Assembly (NCBI GenBank): GCA_951406725.2
Contig: OX597831.1
Coordinates: forward strand, 2,790,001 to 2,854,000
Length of the DNA: 64,000 bases
Direction of reading: 5' to 3'
From: Octopus vulgaris
Lineage: Eukaryota
A program made the position numbers and the translations under genes. The first letter of the stretch is position 1. Each line of letters starts with the position of its first letter. This document shows, piece by piece, positions 1 through 13,976 of the stretch. Below the pieces are notes generated by a model. It was not told the origin of the DNA. It saw only the letters and a program-made list of their open reading frames with translations, and ran no database searches.

Positions 1-189
1 GGGAAGAAGGTCTGAATGTAGATGTAGTTAGTGCAAAATCTAAGGGCAGATGGTCGACACAATATGGGTGATGAGAGAATGAAAGATGAAAGGTGTAGTC
101 AATTTTGTCATTTGCCCTTTTAGAGGTCAATTAAATGAAGTACCAGTCATATATTGGGCTTGATGTAATTGTCTGAGCCTCTCAGAAAA

Positions 190-520
190 TTAAGTGTTTG
201 TTTTAAAATTTGAGTTTACATAGATAGTATTTTACATAGGATATGGGCAGTTCTCATAAGCACTATCTTTTGAATTTCTGCCATTTTGGGGTTTCCTGGT
301 ATCTGAGCTAGGTAGCAATCAGCCCCTTTTGCTATCATTCCTAGGATGTTGTTGTTGTTGTTATTATTTTACCGGGTATGATGGAAAGTGTCATCTGTCC
401 ACAGCCAGCAGACTAAGGTGACACTTGTTTACTGGTCTTGCATCAAGAACCCTGCAAAGAATTCTTGCAGTTCCAAGCAATGCTGATTTTTGTAGGTGTC
501 CTACCTTCACACTTGCACCA
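190..520 (-). mobile_element. Two short 3' fragments of R4/Dong-like (RLE) non-LTR retrotransposons
   Basis: The minus strand encodes C-terminal ..IQKIVLMRTAHILCK.. (about 230-350) and ..QKSALLGTARILCRVL.. (about 440-500); both lie next to (ATT)n. Confidence 0.6.
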
Positions 521-769
521 ATCTAGTGATATTATTATTATCATCATCATCATCATCATCATCATTATTTTTAAGGGAATAAGATGGTAGAATTTTTAGT
601 ACACTAGACAAGATGCCTAACAGCATTTCTTTCAGGTTTATGCTGTTTTCAAATGCCATCACGGCTGACTTTGCCTTTCATCAGCTGTCCTTAGTATAAT
701 TGACTGTTCCCTTTTCCTCATAAATGTACAGCCTTGTACCTTTATAAGACACATCTACCACCATCTTTA

Positions 770-1128
770 TTATACAAGACCAGACACTGTAACAGCTTAG
801 GTTTCAAGGACCCACAGCTCTTCAAGGACCCACAGCTCTTCAAGGACCCACAGCTCTTCATGGACCCACAGCTCTTCAGAGACCTGTAGTGGGTGGAAGT
901 AGGTGTCTTCAAACCAAAACTGGATCTTCTCCAGTCAAGAGTTCCAGACGAGCCTATATCACACGACAGGACACACAGACGAGAGCAGCAGCATCAAACT
1001 CCCTCATTCACCAAATGCCACATATATCAAAGGAGATTTCAAGTAGTGGAAAGCATAGCAAAAGCTGATGGCAGTGCCCCAGCATGGCCACAACTCTCGA
1101 ACTAAAACTAGTTAAAGAGTCAAAGAGA
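770..1128 (+). mobile_element. CR1/L2-like LINE 3' end with an internal 18-bp tandem repeat
   Basis: Encodes ..HCNSLGFKDPQLF..VEVGVFKPKLDLLQSRVPDEP; ttcaaggacccacagctc repeated 4x at 803-877; ends in gtgccccagcatggcc...aaagag. Related fragments at 24722-24880 (-) and 61355-61430 (+). Confidence 0.65.
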
Positions 1129-1529
1129 ATCATGTCAGAAATACATTAAGCAATTCCTTTCTTACATAAAACAATAAAAAAAAAAAGAAAATGGCTACAT
1201 GTTGCAAACATGTTTAATAATTGTCCAAGGTCAACAAATATTTGGTAAGAATGCATTACGTCTCTCTCTCTCTTCTCTCATAATATTTACACATTACGAT
1301 ATTGCTGCTTTCTGAATCATACCTCCAGGTAATCTGTCAATGTCTTTATATCAATGTTTGTGTATCACTGCCAGTTGTTCTAATTACAATCATTTGATAA
1401 ACACTGTTTATATGGGGTTTTTTTTTAGCTCAACAACAACAACAATTTAAGTCAGTGTAATTCCTTTGCTTTTCAGCTCTGCTTTTCTATGCAAACAGTC
1501 GCTCAATAATAATGCTATGCTGATTATTA

Positions 1530-1726
1530 ACGATGATGATAATAATAATAATAATAATAATAATAGTAATAGTAATAACAGTAATGGTGGTGATGATGGT
1601 GGTGGTGGTGATGATGATGATGGTGGTGATGATGATGATCATGATGATGGTGAGATTGTTGTCATTTCTGCCATGGAAAGTGATGTCAGGCTTGTGTTGT
1701 CAGTTTGATGGTGGTTTGTCTGTATG

Positions 1727-1773
<47 letters not shown>

Positions 1774-1778
1774 CATCA

Positions 1779-1838
<60 letters not shown>

Positions 1839-1970
1839 CAACACCACTACTACCACCACCACCACCACTACTACTACTACTACTGCTGCTGCTACTGCTG
1901 CTACTGCTACTACTACTATTGCTGCTACTACCACCACTACCACCACCACAACCACCACTGCTACTGTAGT
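1530..1970. repeat. Compound trinucleotide microsatellites (AAT/GAT/CTA/CCA)
   Basis: Direct inspection. Confidence 0.95.
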
Positions 1971-2382
1971 CAACATTGTCTTCCACTTTTATCTGTCTGG
2001 GACTGACAAAGTAAAGTACTAATCTGGTCCTGGAGGTAACGTACTCTACTCGCCCTCCCATCCCCCTCAGGATTGCTGGTTAAGGGCCTAAATAAAGGAC
2101 AGCAAGTGGATTGGGGGAATCATTAGAGCATAATGCAGAATTTCTGGTTCTTTACATTCCGAGTTCAAATCCAGATGAGGTCAGCTCTGGCTTTCATGCT
2201 ACCTGGGTCAATGAAGTACCAGTCAAATACAGTGATGGTGGTGGTGGTGGTGGTGGGGGGGTCAATATTATCAACTAACCTTCTTCCCCCTAACAAAATT
2301 GCTGGCCCAGTTGAGCACTGGCGCCAATGTAATCAACTTAACCCCTGCCCTGAAATTTCTGGCCTTGTGCCAAAATTTGAAC

Positions 2383-2485
<103 letters not shown>

Positions 2486-2508
2486 CATCATCATCATCAT
2501 CATCATCC

Positions 2509-2559
<51 letters not shown>

Positions 2560-3811
2560 CCATCATCATCCTCATCATCATCATTATTATTAATGTGGTG
2601 AGGCGGCAGAATTGTTAGCATGATGGACAAAATGCTGATTCTGAGTTCAAATGTCACCAAGGTTGATTTTTTGCCTTTCATCCTTTTGGGGTCGATAAAA
2701 CTGAAGTAATTGATTAGCCACCACCCCCCACTCCAAAATTTCAGGCCTTGTGCCAATAGTAGAAAGGTTTATTATTATCATTGTTATCATTGTTATTATC
2801 AAGGCAGTGTGCTGGCAGAATCGTTAGTATGCTGAATGAAATGCTTTGTGGAATTTTGTCCGTCTTTATGTTCTGAGTTCAAATCCATCAAGGTTCACTT
2901 TGATTTCCATTATTTGGGGGCCAATAAAATAAGTACCAGTTGAGCACTGGGGTCGATATAATCAACTTAGTCCCTCCCACAAAATTCCAGACCATGTGCT
3001 TATAGTAGAAACGATTATTGTTATTATTATTATTATTATCATTTTTCCTTCTTCTTTCAAATTTGCTTCCATTTCTTGCCGAGTGTCTTCCCGACTCCTA
3101 GGACAAAGAAACTCATAGTATACATTGGTAGGCCATTAAACTAAACTCACTAGTTCGTTAATTTTTTTTTTTTTTTTTTGATAGAAATAAAGTTAAATTA
3201 AAATACATGGGTAGTAATAGTTTTATTATTATTATTATTATTATGATTATTATAATTATTATTATTATTATTATAAGGTGGCGAGCTAGCAGAATCATTA
3301 GTGCACCAGGCGAAGTGCTAAGCAGTATTTCACTTGTCGCTATGTTCTGAGTTCAAATTCTGCCGAGGCCGACTTTGCCTTTCATCCTTTCAGGGTCGAT
3401 TAAATAAGTACCAGTTATGCACTGGGGTTGATGTAATGAGTTTAATCCCCTCTCCCAAGCTGCCCGTGTGACAAAAATTTGGCATCATCATTATTATTAT
3501 AATTATAACAATAATAATTATTATTATTATTAAGGTGACAAAATGGCCAAATCATTATTGTGTCAGGCAAAATGCTTAACGGTATTTCATCTGTCTTCAT
3601 GCTCTGAGTTCAAATGCCACTGGGGTTGACTTGACCTTTCATCCTTTTGGGTTTGATAAAATGAATACCAGTTGAGTACTGGGGTCAATGTAATCGGCTA
3701 TCCCTCTCCCCATAAAATTTCAGGCCTTGTGCCAATTAGTAGAAAGAATTATTATTATTATTATTATCATCATCATCATCATCATCATTATTATTATTAT
3801 TATTATTATTA

Positions 3812-4337
3812 TTGAGTGAGCGAGCAGAGCATGCCATCAAAGTGACACTGGGGTAAAATATACGAAGCCCAGTATACCCATCATGACTACCCGTCTGATA
3901 AGGGTACACCAGGCACATGCATCACAACCATATGTGCGCGACATGGTGATCTCATATCAAGATAAACAGCACATGACCTTGCAGGTGGAGCCCAGTTATA
4001 ATTTTCTTCAGATCGAGTAACCCATCCCGCTCAAAAGGTCCCTGAATAAGGGTTGTTTAAGGACGTTGAACGAAACACCTATGTTTCCAGAGGTGAATTA
4101 TTCAAACCCCAAAGAATCCTTCTCAACACATGGCTATGATGCTCCCACACTACTTCTGCTCGTGATCAGAGATGCACATATCGTCAGCCACTAAGGGACA
4201 TGCTCAACTGGTTAAGGTCAAACAACTGACAAGCAAATCTGTGGTATTGAGCAGAATATTTGCTGTAGCCCATCTTTTATACCAAGACAAAACAATGTAC
4301 ATGATAACACTTCCAATCAGTTAAGATCAGAAGCCAT
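3812..4337 (-). mobile_element. Unclassified ~525-bp non-coding repeat inserted in (AAT)n
   Basis: Complex-sequence block bounded on both sides by ATT arrays; no credible ORF. Confidence 0.4.
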
Positions 4338-4380
4338 TTATTATTATTATTATTATTATCATCATCATTATTATTATTAA

Positions 4381-4414
<34 letters not shown>

Positions 4415-4653
4415 ATTATTATTATTATTATTATTATTATTAAGGTGGCAAGATGTCAGAATTGTTGGCATGCTGGGCAAATTGCTTAGTGGCATTTCAT
4501 CTGTCTTTACATTCTGAGTTCAAATTCCACCAAGGTTGACTTTACCTTTCATCATTCTGAGGTCAATAAAACAAGTCCCAGTTGAGCACCACTGTCGATG
4601 TGATGGACTTATCCCTCCCCCAAAATTTCTAGCCTTGTGCCAAAATTTGAAAC

Positions 4654-6090
<1,437 letters not shown>

Positions 6091-6094
6091 TAGC

Positions 6095-6420
6095 CCACAT
6101 CTCTTTTCCTCATTCCCATGGCAAATATTGTTATAGGGATTGCTTCTCTGTCCAATCCCCATATTCTTGTTTCCTGTATATTCCAATCTTTATATTTGGA
6201 TAATTTTTCCATTTCTTTCAGGGATATATTGTCATCTTTTGGAATTGGTACATCAATTAGATGACATTTCCTTTTTTCTGATGGAATTCAGCAATAATAT
6301 CCAAACAATTTTTCCTTAATCTCCTTCTCTCTATAAATTGACATATCCCAGAGTCTGATCACTTTGTTATTCTTTGAGACCTTTTTTGGTGTGTGTTTGT
6401 GCTGTCTCTTTTTCTGCATG
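6095..6420 (-). mobile_element. R4/Dong-like LINE fragment, restriction-like endonuclease region
   Basis: Minus strand with frameshifts: KHTPKKVSKNNKVIRLWDMSIY...CHLIDVPIPKDDNISLKEMEKLSKYKD...RIWGLDREAIPITIFAMGM. Confidence 0.7.
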
Positions 6421-6689
6421 TATTATTAGGGGTCGGTGAAAGGGTGGTGAGTCGGCAGATTCATAGAGTATTGGAATAAATTCCTCGTGGTATTTCTTCT
6501 GGCTCTTTGTGTTGTAAGTTCAAACCCTGCTGAAGTCATTTTCATTTTCCATTCTTTCTGGGGTGATAAAATTAAGAACCAATCACAGTTGTGGGGGTCA
6601 ATTGTAACTATTAACCCTCTCCTCCTAAAATTGCTGGCCTTGTGCCAAAATTTGAAACCATTATTATTTTGGTTTAGCTCAGGTTTGGT

Positions 6690-6980
6690 CTTATTCGTGG
6701 TAGGAATTATGTGAGTATCAGGTTACTGCCTATAACCTTAAGTATCCCCAAATTTTCAGTAGCCTTTCAAGTGCTTAGAACCCTCCTGATAATCCTTGCT
6801 GCCCCTAAGAGACAAATGTTCTGCAGGAGCTCTACCAAGGATTCTATTCCAATCTCCTTCAGTCCATTTGTTCATATCTTTGCTTACTATTCCCAATGCA
6901 CCAATTATTATAAGCTTGACCTTTAATGTTTGCATGCTCCAAATTCTTCCTATTTCAAATTTTAAGGGATTGTATTTTTT
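6690..6980 (-). mobile_element. R4/Dong-like LINE C-terminal fragment
   Basis: ORF 6756-7085(-) KYNPLKFEIGRIWSMQTLKVKLIIIGALG, then LQNICLLGAARIIRRVL in a shifted frame. Confidence 0.7.
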
Positions 6981-6996
6981 GTTGTTGTTGTTGTTG

Positions 6997-7057
<61 letters not shown>

Positions 7058-7279
7058 GGCAGTGAGCTGGCTGAATCATTAGCATGCTGGATGAAATGCT
7101 TAGGGGTATTTCACCCGTTGCTACATTCTGAGTTCAAATTCCGCAGAGGTCAACTTTGCCTTTCATCCTTTTGGGGGTCAATAAATTAAGTACCAGTGAT
7201 CAACTAGTCCCTTCCTCCAAAATTTCAGGCCTTATACCTTTAGTAGAAAGGATTATTATTATTATTGTTATTATTATTA

Positions 7280-7648
7280 TTATTCTATGTTTGACTTTTG
7301 CTTTATGTCTGTACAAGTTGGCTCCAAGTCTCACCCAGAGACCTCAAGAGACAACAGGTTGGAAGTTCTGTGCCATATATTTGGGGTTTTTTTTTTTTTG
7401 GTGTTGTACTAGTGAATGTCTAATACATAAAAATAAAATTAAAATAAATAAATAAATAAATAAATAAAAAAAAGTTTGTTTTAAACCTTGGGATTACATA
7501 GAGAGTATTTTACGTAGGATATGAGCAGTTCCCATGAGCACTATCTTTTGAATTTCTGCCATTTTGGGGTTTCCTGGTATCTGAGTTAGGTAGCAATCAG
7601 TCCCTTTCGCTATCATTCCCAGGGCACCTATTATTATTATTATTATTA

Positions 7649-7692
<44 letters not shown>

Positions 7693-8035
7693 GTTATTAT
7701 TATTATGATTCAGTAGTTTTATTTTTATCACGTGCTTTCACTTCACTACCGAGCGCAGCTCTGTGTGCCTTGGGTATGTGCTGTGATTTGTTGTGATGCT
7801 CTGATGGTTATTGTATTGAAAGTGTTTTGCATAGGATGTGTGCAGTTCCTAGTAGTGCAATTTTCTGTATGTTGTATATATTTGTAAGTCCTGGTGTTTT
7901 TGCTATGTATTTGTCTGAATATTTTTTTATCATACCTAATGCGCCTACTATGATAGGAATTGTTTCTGTTTTCAGATTCCACATTCTGGTTACCTCTATT
8001 TCCAGGTCTTTGTATTTTGAAAGTTTCTCCATTAT
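7280..8035 (-). mobile_element. Two R4/Dong-like LINE 3' fragments in (TAA)n
   Basis: ORF 7808-8185(-) MEKLSKYKDLEIEVTRMWNLKTETIPIIVGALGMIKK...IQKIALLGTAHILCKTL; a second copy at 7480-7630 matches 190-350. Confidence 0.8.
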
Positions 8036-8049
8036 TACTGTTGTTGTTG

Positions 8050-8087
<38 letters not shown>

Positions 8088-8133
8088 GTTGTTGTTGCTG
8101 TTGTTGTTGTTGTTATCATCATCATTATTATTA

Positions 8134-8182
<49 letters not shown>

Positions 8183-8517
8183 CAATATTAAGGTGGCAAG
8201 CTGACAGAATCGTTAGCACACTGGACAAACTGCTTAGCAGCATTTTGTTTGATCATACGTTCTGAATTCAAATCATCTGAGGTCAACTTTGCTTTTCATC
8301 CTTTCAGGGTTTATAAAATAAGTACCAGTTGCATACTGGGGTCCATGTAATCGACTTACTTCCTTCCCCGAAATTGCTGGCCTTGTGCCAAAATTTGCTA
8401 CGAAGCATCTTGTCCGGCATGCTAAACTGGCGACATCTACAATTTCATGGAGCTTGACGTGTGTTTTCATGCGTAGCAAATCATGTATGTATGTTGTCAT
8501 ATATGTAAGTATGTGTA

Positions 8518-8660
8518 TCATCATCATCATCATCATCATTTAGCGTCCGCTTTCCATGCTAGCATGGGTTGGACGGTTCAACTGGGGTCTGTGAAGCCAG
8601 AAGGCTGCATCAGGCCCAGTCTGATCTGGCAGTGTTTCTACGGCTGGATGCCCTTCCTGT
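8518..8660 (-). mobile_element. RTE LINE 3' end (5'-truncated)
   Basis: Same (GAT)n tail and ccatgctagcatgg hairpin as the RTE copy at 48685-49966. Other copies at 16170-16585, 23815-23975, 27560-27781, 29679-30010, 40190-40470, 41482-41678, 50390-51008, 53205-53277 and 60908-61290. Confidence 0.8.
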
Positions 8661-9125
8661 CATTATTCAATTTCATTTCAAGATTTCTTGCCAAAAGAGA
8701 AAGAGCTGGTTTCTAATCTAGATCCAAGGCTCCTTCATTGGAATTTCACCAACATCAACAGGGTATTTGTGTATATATGTGTATATATGCAGTATTTGGA
8801 GTCAGTGCATGTGCAGATTTATATGTTTCGTTTTATGTATGCATTCTCATGCACATAATTGCATGTCTAGACATGCGCATATATACTTAAATGAAAAACT
8901 GGAAAGTTTTACAAATGTTTACAGCACTAATAACGGCTTGGATCTGTAGTCTTCGAATCAGCTTTCTCCCTGCTGGTTTTGAGAAGCATAATTTTTCAAG
9001 ATTGGTGCATAGGCAGTGTGTTACATTTGCCAGTGCCCCAATAATTACAGGTATAAACCTGAACTTGCAATCCAGGCAGAGTAACTGTAAATTTCTCAAT
9101 AGTTCAGGATAAGTGCTTTCTTTAT
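8660..9125 (-). mobile_element. RLE-type non-LTR retrotransposon 3' fragment
   Basis: ORF 8887-9099(-) LRNLQLL..KFRFIPVIIGALANVTHCL..LIRRLQIQAVISAVNICKTF; homologous copy at about 51740-52165. Confidence 0.6.
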
Positions 9126-9421
9126 GTATGCATGTATGTATGAATGTATATCATCATCTGTGTACATGCTCATGCATATATGTGTGTGCACGTGCCTGTG
9201 CATGTGGCCATGTGTGTGCACATGCACTCACAGTATAAACTTAGAGTAGCAAGAGACTGACTTAACCAAAATAGAAATAAAATTAATCTCTTCTGTGTTA
9301 CTGAGCATTCTTCACTTTCACAGTTCAACATTGAACTAATATATATATATATATGTATGTATATGTAAATATATGTATATGTATATATGTATATATATGT
9401 ATGTATATGTGTGTGTATATA

Positions 9422-9458
<37 letters not shown>

Positions 9459-9512
9459 GTATCGTGCTATCGCGGAAAACGGACGTTAAACGATGATGAT
9501 GATGATGATATG

Positions 9513-9647
<135 letters not shown>

Positions 9648-9692
9648 AGATGTAGAGCAGTATATATTAAAAATGGGGAAGGCTGGGTTTAT

Positions 9693-9753
9693 GGGATTAC
9701 CTTAGGTTTCCCATTCATAAATAATTTAGTTTTATAGCATATCATCAGATCCC
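9693..9753 (-). ncRNA. Putative type-I hammerhead ribozyme (short stem III)
   Basis: Minus strand: gggat-CTGATGA-[stem II, weak base]-GAAA-cct-a-agg-TA-atccc. Confidence 0.55.
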
Positions 9754-9795
9754 AAAAACCTGTTAGCCCACGTGGTCATGGGCCAACAGGTTTTT

Positions 9796-9856
9796 GGGAT
9801 CTGATGATATACCATAAAACTAAACCCTTTATGGTTGGGAAACTTAAAGTAATTCC
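9796..9856 (+). ncRNA. Putative type-I hammerhead ribozyme (short stem III)
   Basis: gggat-CTGATGA-tat-accataaa..tttatggt-tgg-GAAA-ctt-a-aag-TA-attcc. Confidence 0.55.
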
Positions 9857-9871
9857 ATGAACTGGCCTTGC

Positions 9872-9929
<58 letters not shown>

Positions 9930-10241
9930 TTTTATTCTATTATTTGTTTCAGTCACTTGACTGCGGCCATGCTGGAGCACCAACTGTAGTTGAACAAATC
10001 AACCCCAGGACTTATTCTTTGGAAGCCTAGTACTTATTCTATAGGCCTCGTTTGGTAAACCGCTAAGTTACGGGGACATAAACACACCAACATCAGTTGT
10101 CAAGTGATGTTGGGGAGGACAAATGCATATACATATATATATATATTTGTATATATATATTTGTATATATATATATATATATATACATACATGTGTGTGT
10201 ATGTGTGTATGTATGTGTATATAAGTGCATGTATGTGTATA

Positions 10242-10376
10242 TACAAGGTGGGCCAAAAGTCATGCATAAAATGATTTCAGTACACTCCAGAATTGTCAAA
10301 GACATACCTCAATTTTTCTAAAATTGAATAAAATATATAAAATAATGATAAATACACATACTTGTACATGATGAAC

Positions 10377-10453
<77 letters not shown>

Positions 10454-10512
10454 TGATGATGATGATAATGTAAATAAAATGTCAAATGTTTTGGTGTGTG
10501 ACTTTTGGCCCA

Positions 10513-10515
<3 letters not shown>
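10242..10515. mobile_element. Tc1/mariner-type MITE with internal (AAT)n expansion
   Basis: Inverted ends gtgggccaaaagtca (about 10248) and tgacttttggcccac (about 10499). Confidence 0.55.
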
Positions 10516-10553
<38 letters not shown>

Positions 10554-10734
10554 CACCCATGCCATCATGGAAAATGGACATTGAAGGACGATGATGATGA
10601 TATATAGATATAAAGGTGTGTGTATGGTTTGTGTGTGTGAGCGTTAATATGTATATCTGTGTGTTTGTACTTTTGTATATTTGTGCGTGTGTCTCTGCTA
10701 TCTATGTGTGTTTATCATTATGCATTTATCTATG

Positions 10735-10804
<70 letters not shown>

Positions 10805-11530
10805 TCTTTGTGTGTGTGTGAGAGAGTTTGAATGTGCATATGTGCGTGTGCATTGTGGTGAGTCATTAGACTTGTAATCCCTGAGGTTGTTGGCGAAGGT
10901 CAGAGTGACATCGGGAGCAATGTTTACATATTATGCTCCCACAGGAAACGGGGTTAAATGAGGAATGTAACGATCACCATTAGGTTTAGTGGCCTTATCA
11001 CAGTTACCGCAAAGGAATTCAATATCAGCCCTGCATAACTCTTCTGGGACCTTTCTTAATTCTTTTCTTATGTCTCTGTGGAAGCAGATGAAAGACAGCT
11101 CTGCCTTCCAGATCACAGAACATATTAGATTCAGTACCTGCCCTGAGATTCACAAAAAAAAAAAAAAAAAAAAAAAAAAAATTAAGGATCTGTATTTGCA
11201 CTGATATTGAACTCACAAACTAATAGGCTGGTAGACCAAAACCTTATGCACTCAGCCATATCATTTTGTTCTCTACATATAAATATGAGTGTGTGTCTCT
11301 GTATGCATATGCACATATATAAATATGTATGTATATATGTATAGCTAGCTTGCTGGATCAATAGATACAGACATACATAATATGTATGCTAAATGAAAAT
11401 GAAAATGAAAATATATCCATATGTGTATACACACATCACACATGCACACACACACACACACATATATGTAGTTATATATATGTATGTGTGTGTGTGTGTG
11501 TGTGTGTGTATGGATATATATATATATATA

Positions 11531-11800
11531 TAAATAATTTTTTGCTACCCTGAAATTTATTGATATATATATATATATCAATAAATTTCAGGGTAGCAAA
11601 AAAAAAATTATTTAGAGATTTTTTGGACTACCAGTGGTCTAGTGTGAAGAAAAAAACCAGTCAATAGACTATATATTATTCATATAAAAATACAGTGTAG
11701 ATTTAAACACATATGAGATGGCCATAATACTACTCCTTCTAGCAGGTTAGATGTCCTATTATGGCCATCTCTTATGTGTTTAAATGTACACTGTATTTAT
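11531..11800 (-). mobile_element. Penelope-like terminal fragment with two inverted-repeat structures
   Basis: Palindrome 11531-11614 centred on (TA)n; second inverted repeat 11688-11729 / 11757-11798; actaccagtgg motif shared with 24643 and 47578. Confidence 0.5.
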
Positions 11801-11937
11801 TATATATATATAGATGACAAAACAAATAAAAAAGCATCCGCTTCCAGATTTGTAGAGAAATCAAAGAAATTTTCTGTAAAACTTATGTCTAAAGAGACTT
11901 GGTAAATGAGACAAAAGTGCTAATAAAGAATTCCCCA

Positions 11938-12340
11938 CGTGGCTGTGTGGTAAGTAGCTTGCTTACGAACCACATGGTTCCGGGTTCAGTCCCATTGCGT
12001 GGCACCTTGGGCAAGTGTCTTCTACTATAGCCTCGGGCCGACCAAAGCCTTGTGAGTGGATTTGGTAGAACGAAACTGAAAGAAGCCCGTCGTATATATA
12101 TGTATATATATATGTGTGTGTGTGTATGTTTGTGTGTCTGTGTTTGTCCCCCTAGCATTGCTTGACAACCGATGCTGGTGTGTTTATGTCCCCGTCACTT
12201 AGCAGTTCGGAAAAAGAGACCGATAGAATAAGTACTGGGCTTACAAAGAATACATCCCAGGGTCGAGTTGCTCGATTTAAGGCGGTGCTCCAGCATGGCC
12301 GCAGTTAAATTACTGAAACAAGTAAAAGATTAAAGATTAT
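11938..12340 (+). mobile_element. tRNA-derived CORE-like SINE with internal (TA)n(TG)n
   Basis: gtggctgtgtggtaag..ggttcagtccc (A/B boxes), ccttgggcaagt core, tail ggcggtgctccagcatggccgcagt..gaaacaagtaaaag. Near-full copies at 26430-26853(-), 28950-29380, 35815-36184(-), 36350-36740(-), 48179-48600, 49968-50373(-), 51340-51725(-) and 58034-58470, plus many fragments. Confidence 0.9.
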
Positions 12341-12400
12341 TAAATTCTGAGTACCTCCTTTTTCTTAATACCCCCCCTACACACACATACACACTAGCTA

Positions 12401-12948
12401 CAAGGGTGAATCAAAAAGTTATGCCATTTTGTTTAGGACAGGTATAATTACCAACACAGGGACATGTATCATACATCAAAATGAAGCTGGTCCTCTGTGG
12501 ATCACATCCCTACTTCTCAACATAGTCACCGTTTCTCTCAATAGCAATGTTCCACCTTTGAATGAGAGCATATATCTCTGCCCCGTAAAATTCTGTTGAC
12601 TGTTCTTTGAGCCACTTCTTCACTACAGTTTTCACTTCCTCGTCACTGGACTATCATCTCTTCGGCCCCATGAAAGAGGGTTTGAGAGGCAAGCATTATT
12701 CCAGTGACGAGGAAGGGAAAACTGTGGTGAAGAAGTGGCTCAAAGAACAGTCAATAGAACTTTACGGGGAGGGATACATGCTCTCATTCAAAGGTGGAAC
12801 ATTGCTATTGTGAGAAACGGTGACTATGTTGAGAAGTAGGGATATAATTAAAAGAGGACCAGCTTCATTTTGATGCATGATACATGTTCCTGTTTTGGTA
12901 ATTATACCTGTCCTAAACAAAATGGCTTTACTTTTTGACTCACTCTTG
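12401..12948. mobile_element. Fold-back mariner derivative made of two 3' ends
   Basis: TA-flanked; inverted arms about 12401-12650 and 12700-12948; encodes the mariner C-terminus DYHLFGPMKEGLRGKHYSSDEE..RWNIAIVRNGDYVEK*. Confidence 0.85.
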
Positions 12949-13409
12949 TATATTACTTTCAATGGTGTAGCTAGTGTGTGTGTGTCTTCCTGGGTGACCC
13001 TTGATTTTGCTGCACCCCTTCATCACCCTGTGTTCATACAGGCTTATACAGCAAACCCAAAAATTCCACCCCAGTATTCTGTTTCATTTCACTGATGGAA
13101 CTTATGCCTCTCCTTTGCTGCTGCACCAGAATCTCTAAGTCTAGTCAGAACCCTGCAAAGTGATTATCCCACAAGCCCCCAGCAACCCTCTTTTGTTGGT
13201 TCACAATAAACCCACCAATCTAGACCTCTCCTGGTATTTAGCAAGTTTTCTCAAAGCCTGATCTTTTTTTCCTTTCGCTTTTATTGAGTTTTCTTGATAA
13301 TCATTTTACACAAAACAAAATTATTTTCATTATAAATGTAAAATATTTATACCTCTAATTACTGTAACAACTCATTTGTGCAAATTAGTTTTTAACCCTT
13401 TTGCTGCCA

Positions 13410-13720
13410 GTGGAGTTACAATGGCCTAGTGGTTAGGGCAGCGGATCACGGTTGGAGGATCGTGGTTTCAATTCCCAGACCAGGCGTTGTGTGTGTTTAT
13501 TGAATGAAAACACCTAAAAGCTCCACAGGGCTCTGGCAGGGGGTGGTGGCGACCCCTGTTGTACTCTTTCGCCACAACTTTCTCTCACTCTCTCTTCCTG
13601 TTTCTTGAGTAATGCTGCGATGGACTGGCGTCCTATCCAGCTGGGGTGAACACATACGCCACAGAAACCGGGAAACCGGGCCCACGAGCCTGGCGAGGCT
13701 TGAAAAGGGGTGACGTTTTA
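13410..13720 (+). mobile_element. tRNA-derived SINE (second family) with 13-bp TSD
   Basis: tggcctagtggttagg..ggtttcaattccc; TSD ccttttgctgcca at 13397-13409 and 13721-13733. Other copies at 14649-14950, 40545-40853(-) and 46508-46810. Confidence 0.85.
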
Positions 13721-13976
13721 CCTTTTGCTGCCAACCCATCTGAGATAACCGCTAGTTGTATGACACAAACTTTTCTATATTAAATTAAAACCTCCCATCA
13801 AAATTTCATGTTAATTTATGTTCCAAACATCAGCTTCATAATGAGAAAGTTATGATACTAAATTCTTCATTCTTAGCAAAATAAATTTAAACAAAGGCAG
13901 GTATTTTAGTAGAAATATGGTAACTAAAGTGTCAAAGTGATGTAAATTAAAACTTTCCATCAAAATTTCATGTTAA

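Larger units (their letters stand above)
9673..9875. repeat. ~200-bp imperfect palindrome in (TA)n carrying two antiparallel hammerhead motifs
   Basis: Arms about 9673-9772 and 9777-9875, e.g. tatcatcagatcccaaaaacctgtt / aacaggtttttgggatctgatgata. Confidence 0.85.

Noticed and set aside
3812-4337. HDV-like ribozyme in the unclassified AAT-inserted repeat
   Set aside because: The nested double pseudoknot could not be traced by eye.
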